Shown here piece by piece: positions 55,576 through 60,283 of a stretch of DNA of 60,283 bases. The notes under the pieces were generated by a model. It saw nothing but the letters and a program-made list of their open reading frames with translations. It was not told where the DNA came from and made no database searches. Source of the stretch: Bacillota bacterium. GTDB lineage: Bacteria > Bacillota > Desulfotomaculia > Desulfotomaculales > Ammonificaceae. Within the stretch, counting starts at the first letter, position 1. Every line of letters starts with the position of its first letter. The position numbers and the translations under genes are program-made. The stretch spans positions 1 to 60,283 of the forward strand of contig JAGUUY010000039.1 in NCBI GenBank assembly GCA_020063185.1. Reading direction: 5' to 3'.

Positions 55576-55604
55576 ATTTACTTCCTCCCAAACAAATCCA
55601 AAGT

Positions 55605-55640
55605 GGAACCGGTCTTCCGGTCATCCGGCAGACCGGTTCC
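55605..55640. other. 11-bp perfect hairpin between the GH57-GT4 and GH15 genes
   Basis: GGAACCGGTCT (55605-55615) pairs with AGACCGGTTCC (55630-55640). The loop contains CCGG-TCAT-CCGG. Only a partial U-tract follows on the minus strand. Confidence 0.6.
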
Positions 55641-55683
55641 CATGCAAGTTCCACAAATCTGGAACTGACGATCACTCCACCCC

Positions 55684-58443
55684 TTAGGTCTTACCGCATG
55701 CAAGCCGGTAAGTTTCATGCGTAACCGCCGCAATATGTTTCCAGTTATAAGTGGAGCGCACTTTCCGCCATCCCCGGCGACAGAGTTCTTCGGCGAGGGG
55801 CGGGTTCAACAAAACTTCGCCGACGTAGCGGGCCAAAAGGTCGGGCCTTCCCGGCGGCGCCTTAAAGCCGTCGATACCGTGTTCAACTACCTCACTGAGC
55901 CCTCCCGCATCACCTACGATAACTGGGACCTGCGCGGCCATAGCTTCCAGGGCCACGATGCCGAAGGGCTCATAATGGCTTGGAAATACTGCCGCCGCTG
56001 CTTCCAGGAGAAATCTGTTTCTTATTTGCCCGTCCACAAAACCGGTGAAATGGACCCGATCAGTCAAGTTAAGGTCGGTACTCAACTGTCGCAGTTCCGG
56101 TTCGTAAGGTCCCTGACCGCAAAGCACGGCCCGCACCCCCGGCACTCGTTCCTCGATGAGCGGCAGGGCCCGGATCAGGTCCTGGACCCCTTTTTCGGGC
56201 ACCAGCCGCCCCAGGTATAAGACCGCCGGCGTCACCGGCGCCACAAACCCACGCCATTCTTTTACACCGAGGACTTCCGGATCGACACCGTTCGGGATAA
56301 CCTTGATTAACGCGGGAGTTACGTTAAAAAGCCGGGAAACCTCCTGTTTCATATACTCGCTGCAGCAGATAATAAGTCCGGCTTTACTTACCAGCCTTCG
56401 TTCGGCGAGGTGGATACGGTTTTGGGTCTCGTTGTGAATTCCCTGGCACCTTCCGTATTCAGTGGCATGGATGGTTGCCACCAAAGGGAGACCGAACCTC
56501 TCCGCCAGCTCGAGCGCGGCCGCTTCCACCAGCCAATCGTGAGCGTGGATAACGTCGAACTCTTTCCCTCCCTCCAGCAGGTTGACGGTTACACTGATAA
56601 TTTGCCTGTTCATCGCAGCCACCCAGTCTAAAAAATTCTCCCCGCACGTTTCTCCCGGTACCCTGTACACCCTCACCCCTTCGTCGTCCTCCACGCTTGG
56701 ACATTCCGGCACCGGGGCGGTAACAACCGACACTTCATCGCCCTGAGCGGCCAAAGCCCGCGAAAGGTCGTGAACATGCCGTCCCAGCCCGCCGACGATA
56801 CGCGGAGGGTATTCCCACGTCAGGAGGAGTACGCGCAGCGGTTTCGCTGTTTGCGGGCCGCCGCCGGTCCAAAAACGGCTGTAAACCCGGTAATCGATGG
56901 CGGGAAAGATATTGTCCGCCGCCTCAATTGCTTCCAGACCGGCCTCGTCTATATTCTCGTCAAGGATCTGGTCGGTTAAGTAGTTGAAGCGTGAGATATG
57001 TTCCGTAAGCCGCCGGGTTGCATATTGAACCGCCGACCCCACCCGGAGAATAAACGGCCAGTCGCTTGACTCGGCCAATAGCAGTTCCCGCGCTGCCTGG
57101 TTTAAGGCTCGTTGGACGGCGCCCACCGCCCGCGGGTGCAGGTCGCACAATTCGATCATCCTGCTTTCCGCGCGGTGAAGGTGCCGGTAGATCCAATCAT
57201 TCGCCGGGTTGAGCCAGACCTCGCTGTACCCTCCTTCACCCCAACTTGAAAGTCCCATAACGGCGGTTTCCTGCGGCGGGTAAGCCTGCAGGTAGTCTGA
57301 AGGAGTCGCCAGGGCTACAACATCCTGGTCGCCGACCATGCGGATCAAATATTCAAGCCACTGCGGGCCTTCATACCACCAGTGACCGAAGAGTTCGGCA
57401 TCGTAAGGCGCGACGACAACCGGCGCTGTACCGGTGCGTTCGGCCAGATCTTCAACCTGAAGCCGGCGGTGGTAAAGGAAGTGCTCCACATGGGCGACCG
57501 TTCGTTCGAACGCTAAATGAGGTTCGTACAACCGCTTCTCCTCAGTCCCCGTGACCCGATAATATTTAAAACCGGTATCGGTGCGGGTCTCGCCGGAGGG
57601 GAGAAAAGGCTCGATGTATTCCCAGGGAAGTTCGTACCCGATATCGCGGTAGTATTCACGGTACCAGAAATCGCCGGGATAACCGACCTTCCGGTCCCAG
57701 ACCTGGCGAGACGTCTCGGGGTCCCTGCCGAAGGCGGCAACGCCGGCAGGCGTCGACACCGGGACGTAAACACCGCTCGAAGGAGGTGGGGAACCCGACA
57801 GGAGCCCATGTGTCTCCACGAAAAAGTATTCTAGGCCGCATGCCGCCAGAAGCTCGTCCATCCCCGGAGCGTATCCGCACTCCGGCAGCCAGAAACCCCG
57901 GGGGTTAAACCCGAATTGCCGCCGGAATACCTCAAGCCCCGTCACAATCTGAGCCCTCCTTGCTTCCTGGTTGCGTACCAAGGGGAGGTAAGCGTGCGTG
58001 GCGCAGGTGGTCATCAACTCCAAAACACCCCTGCGGCACAGCGAACCGAAAGCAGAGGCCAGGTTGCATTGAAACGCGTTTACAAAAAGCTCGTAAAACC
58101 GCTCGAACCGTTCTTCGTACATCACCGCCAGTTGATATAATTCCGTACCTGCGGTCCTCTTTTTCTCCGCCCCCGCCAGTCTGATGAGCCTTTCCAGATG
58201 CGCGGCGTACCGCCTTGTCAGCAGTTCGTCGGTCAGCATCGTGATCAGCGGCGGCGATAGCGAAAGCGTTATTCTGTAGCGGTACCCTTCCTCAGCCAAC
58301 CTGGTTAACGCGTCTAATAAGGGCAGGTAGCATTCGGTAACCGCTTGGTACAGCCAGTTCTCCTCAAGAAATCGTTCCTTCTCCGGGTGCCGGACGAATG
58401 GTAAATGAGCATGAAGCACTATGGCCAGATAACCTTTAGCCAC
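55684..58443 (-). CDS. fusion protein: GH57 alpha-glucan branching-enzyme-like domain + GT4 glycosyltransferase
   Basis: The N-terminus (HAHLPFVRHPE, WLPECGY, PYDAELFGHWW) matches GH57/DUF1957 branching enzymes. From about residue 536 (near nt 56840) there is a GT4 domain (LLLTWEYPPRIVGGLGRHV, E-x7-E EPFGIVALE). It is a single 919-codon frame with GTG start after GGGGAGG. Confidence 0.85.
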   Translation of the reverse strand: MAKGYLAIVLHAHLPFVRHPEKERFLEENWLYQAVTECYLPLLDALTRLAEEGYRYRITLSLSPPLITMLTDELLTRRYAAHLERLIRLAGAEKKRTAGTELYQLAVMYEERFERFYELFVNAFQCNLASAFGSLCRRGVLELMTTCATHAYLPLVRNQEARRAQIVTGLEVFRRQFGFNPRGFWLPECGYAPGMDELLAACGLEYFFVETHGLLSGSPPPSSGVYVPVSTPAGVAAFGRDPETSRQVWDRKVGYPGDFWYREYYRDIGYELPWEYIEPFLPSGETRTDTGFKYYRVTGTEEKRLYEPHLAFERTVAHVEHFLYHRRLQVEDLAERTGTAPVVVAPYDAELFGHWWYEGPQWLEYLIRMVGDQDVVALATPSDYLQAYPPQETAVMGLSSWGEGGYSEVWLNPANDWIYRHLHRAESRMIELCDLHPRAVGAVQRALNQAARELLLAESSDWPFILRVGSAVQYATRRLTEHISRFNYLTDQILDENIDEAGLEAIEAADNIFPAIDYRVYSRFWTGGGPQTAKPLRVLLLTWEYPPRIVGGLGRHVHDLSRALAAQGDEVSVVTAPVPECPSVEDDEGVRVYRVPGETCGENFLDWVAAMNRQIISVTVNLLEGGKEFDVIHAHDWLVEAAALELAERFGLPLVATIHATEYGRCQGIHNETQNRIHLAERRLVSKAGLIICCSEYMKQEVSRLFNVTPALIKVIPNGVDPEVLGVKEWRGFVAPVTPAVLYLGRLVPEKGVQDLIRALPLIEERVPGVRAVLCGQGPYEPELRQLSTDLNLTDRVHFTGFVDGQIRNRFLLEAAAAVFPSHYEPFGIVALEAMAAQVPVIVGDAGGLSEVVEHGIDGFKAPPGRPDLLARYVGEVLLNPPLAEELCRRGWRKVRSTYNWKHIAAVTHETYRLACGKT

Positions 58444-58532
58444 GCAAATCCTCCCCGACCCCCGCCGTAACGTTTATCGCTGATAAAACGCCACCGACCG
58501 GTACAGGTTGAGCATAACACTTTGGCGCCACG

Positions 58533-58555
58533 AATAAAAGGGGCGTTGCCGCCCC
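58533..58555 (-). terminator. intrinsic terminator after the DUF4912 gene
   Basis: Minus strand reads GGGGCG-GCAA-CGCCCC followed by TTTTATT. Confidence 0.65.
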
Positions 58556-58579
58556 AAAAAACCATCTTCCGATTTTTTC

Positions 58580-59041
58580 CTACGCTCGCCGGGCTACCCC
58601 TGAACTAACACCGACCGTATCACCCGCCGCGGCCAACGCCGTTTCTTTTCCCGCCGGTTTACGTTTACCGCAAGCAGAGAGTTTCACGGTTATTGTGCCT
58701 GACGGCACAATAACCGGCTGCGAGCATAACAGCGGGTGAAACTCCCCGTTATCCCACCAGCCGAGTTCGCACCGGTACGTATCTCCCGATATCACTCCTT
58801 CAAAATAAAAGTTTCCGGTCGGGAAAGCGGGAGAAACGGATAGGTACTCTATATATCGGTCTTTGGTTAAACGGCATAACCGGATATCCGCGTGTTTCTC
58901 TTTCAGAAACTGCCGGACCGCCTGGGATATTTCCCAGTATGCGAAAAGAACATTGGTTTTCTGCACCAGCAGCACAAGGGTATTCTCACCATATCCCGGC
59001 GGAAGACCTTTGGTTGAAACCCCGCCCACGGCGTTCACCAC
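58580..59041 (-). CDS. DUF4912 domain protein
   Basis: LPPGYGENTLVLLVQKTNVLFAYWEIS matches the DUF4912 N-terminal signature as recalled. This family commonly neighbours GH57 branching enzymes. Confidence 0.65.
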   Translation of the reverse strand: MVNAVGGVSTKGLPPGYGENTLVLLVQKTNVLFAYWEISQAVRQFLKEKHADIRLCRLTKDRYIEYLSVSPAFPTGNFYFEGVISGDTYRCELGWWDNGEFHPLLCSQPVIVPSGTITVKLSACGKRKPAGKETALAAAGDTVGVSSGVARRA

Positions 59042-59359
59042 CGAAAAAAATGTGACCCACCGGCCACGATTTTGTGTGCAATAGTAATTACTTTAATTGA
59101 TCAAAATAATTGGACTTGAAAAAAACTGGGTTAAATTAAATTATAACACTAAGACTACTTAATGGAAAGATTTATTTTATGTTATTTCGCACTTTTTTTA
59201 CAATTTTCTTATAGTTAGTTTTCCGAATAAAGGCTTGGTAAAAAATACAATACACGTTGTCTTACGGGTCCAAAATTTTCACCAAGAAATTAACTGCTTT
59301 AATACTCGCTGCTGCTGGAAGCCTCACCCCGTTGCATAGTACGGAACGTCCCGCCGTAA

Positions 59360-60283
59360 ATCTGTAACGGGGGAAATGCCACGAAACCTTTTTACCTTTT
59401 CATCGCCGGCCTGTCGCTCCTGCTTTTGGGACTGCGCTGCATGCAGTACGGCCTCGTCGACCTTTCAAGCAAAAGGCTCCAACGGCTTCTCCAATCCCTT
59501 TCCGCGAGCCCGTTGCGGGCCTCCCTTGCCGGACTTATAACCAGCGCCCTGACCCAGAGCAGCACCGCCGTTTCCGTACTAACCATCGGCCTCGTCCACA
59601 GCAGGCTTTTGCACCTCAGTCAAGGCATCGCCGTGATCCTGGGGGCCAACGTGGGTACGGCCTTGACGGTACAGTTCCTGGCCGCCGACCCAAGTATGCT
59701 CTCTCTGCCACTATTGGGCGCAGGCATCGTCTTGTGGTGCTTACCTTTTAGGACTCTCGGCAGAGTCTTATGCGGCGCCGGCATGATTTTTTCCGGACTC
59801 GCGCTTATGAGTGCCGCAATGGCGCCACTGGAACACGCCTCCTGGTTTACCGGGCTGTTGACCGCTTCCTGCAGCCACCCCCTGCTTGCCGTCACCGGCG
59901 CCGCCCTTCTGACGGCCTTCCTGCACTCTTCGAGCGCCGCCACCGCCATTGTAATCACCATTTATGCCGAGAGCTTGATTACGCTCGACGCCGCGATCGC
60001 CCTGATCCTCGGAAACAACATAGGTACCTGTTTTACGGCGTTAATCGCTTCGGTGAGCAGTTCCTCCGCCGGGCGGCGAGTCGCTGCCGCGCACCTCCTT
60101 CTTAACGTAATCGGGGCAGTGCTGTGTCTGCCCCTCATCCATTTCTTCGGTTTAGTCGTCGGCGTTACCACCGGGGACCCGGCCCGACAGGTAGCAAACG
60201 CCCACACTATTTACAACGTGCTTTCGAGCCTGGCCGCCCTTCCTTTTTGCAGGCCTTTTGCCGGGCTGCTTACGCGTCTTTTA
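59360..60283 (+). CDS. Na+/Pi cotransporter family protein (partial; runs off the right edge)
   Basis: An open frame runs from the stop at 59357-59359 to the window end. It is absent from the ORF track because it has no stop. Translation gives LFIAGLSLLLLGLRCMQYGL...QSSTAVSVLTIGL...HSSSAATAIVITI..., the two internal NaPi repeats. The start codon is unresolved (see findings). Confidence 0.8.
   Translation, partial: MCNGGNATKPFYLFIAGLSLLLLGLRCMQYGLVDLSSKRLQRLLQSLSASPLRASLAGLITSALTQSSTAVSVLTIGLVHSRLLHLSQGIAVILGANVGTALTVQFLAADPSMLSLPLLGAGIVLWCLPFRTLGRVLCGAGMIFSGLALMSAAMAPLEHASWFTGLLTASCSHPLLAVTGAALLTAFLHSSSAATAIVITIYAESLITLDAAIALILGNNIGTCFTALIASVSSSSAGRRVAAAHLLLNVIGAVLCLPLIHFFGLVVGVTTGDPARQVANAHTIYNVLSSLAALPFCRPFAGLLTRLL

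Overview
GC-rich chromosomal segment of a spore-forming Firmicute. Class Clostridia with a Peptococcaceae/Desulfotomaculum-like gene set is my inference from content: YunB, SleB-type hydrolase, DnaD/DnaI loader pair, T-box and L20 leaders, KtrAB. About 50 genes are present and almost all lie on the minus strand from about 7.6 kb onward. The content is mainly housekeeping: tyrS, PBP1A, DAK2/DegV, ADP-forming acetyl-CoA synthetase, gap, sufCB, mutS2, U32 peptidase, zapA, pheST, ktrAB, infC-rpmI-rplT, thrS, hypABFCDE. I found no transposase, integrase, CRISPR array, tRNA or rRNA gene. The left edge looks like the promoter/leader of an rRNA or tRNA operon lying outside the window. Five things deserve a second look. 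(1) A dispersed family of intergenic elements is built from degenerate heptanucleotide tandem repeats arranged as imperfect hairpins, with shared 9-15-mers between loci. One is a 244-nt insertion between pheS and pheT, and a related two-hairpin module recurs 16 kb away. (2) A tandem pair of multiheme c-type cytochromes (8 CXXCH, and 4 CXXCH plus one CX4CH) is separated by one of these heptamer hairpins. (3) An alpha-glucan module (DUF4912, a GH57-GT4 fusion, GH15) and a separate TreT-like glycosyltransferase operon with a structured leader are present. (4) There is a DUF503-CobU fusion ORF. (5) A self-contained promoter-to-terminator unit of about 270 nt sits upstream of pheS, where a T-box would be expected. 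All alignments, repeat counts and structures were done by eye. No database search or folding was run. Family names are recalled from motifs and should be confirmed.
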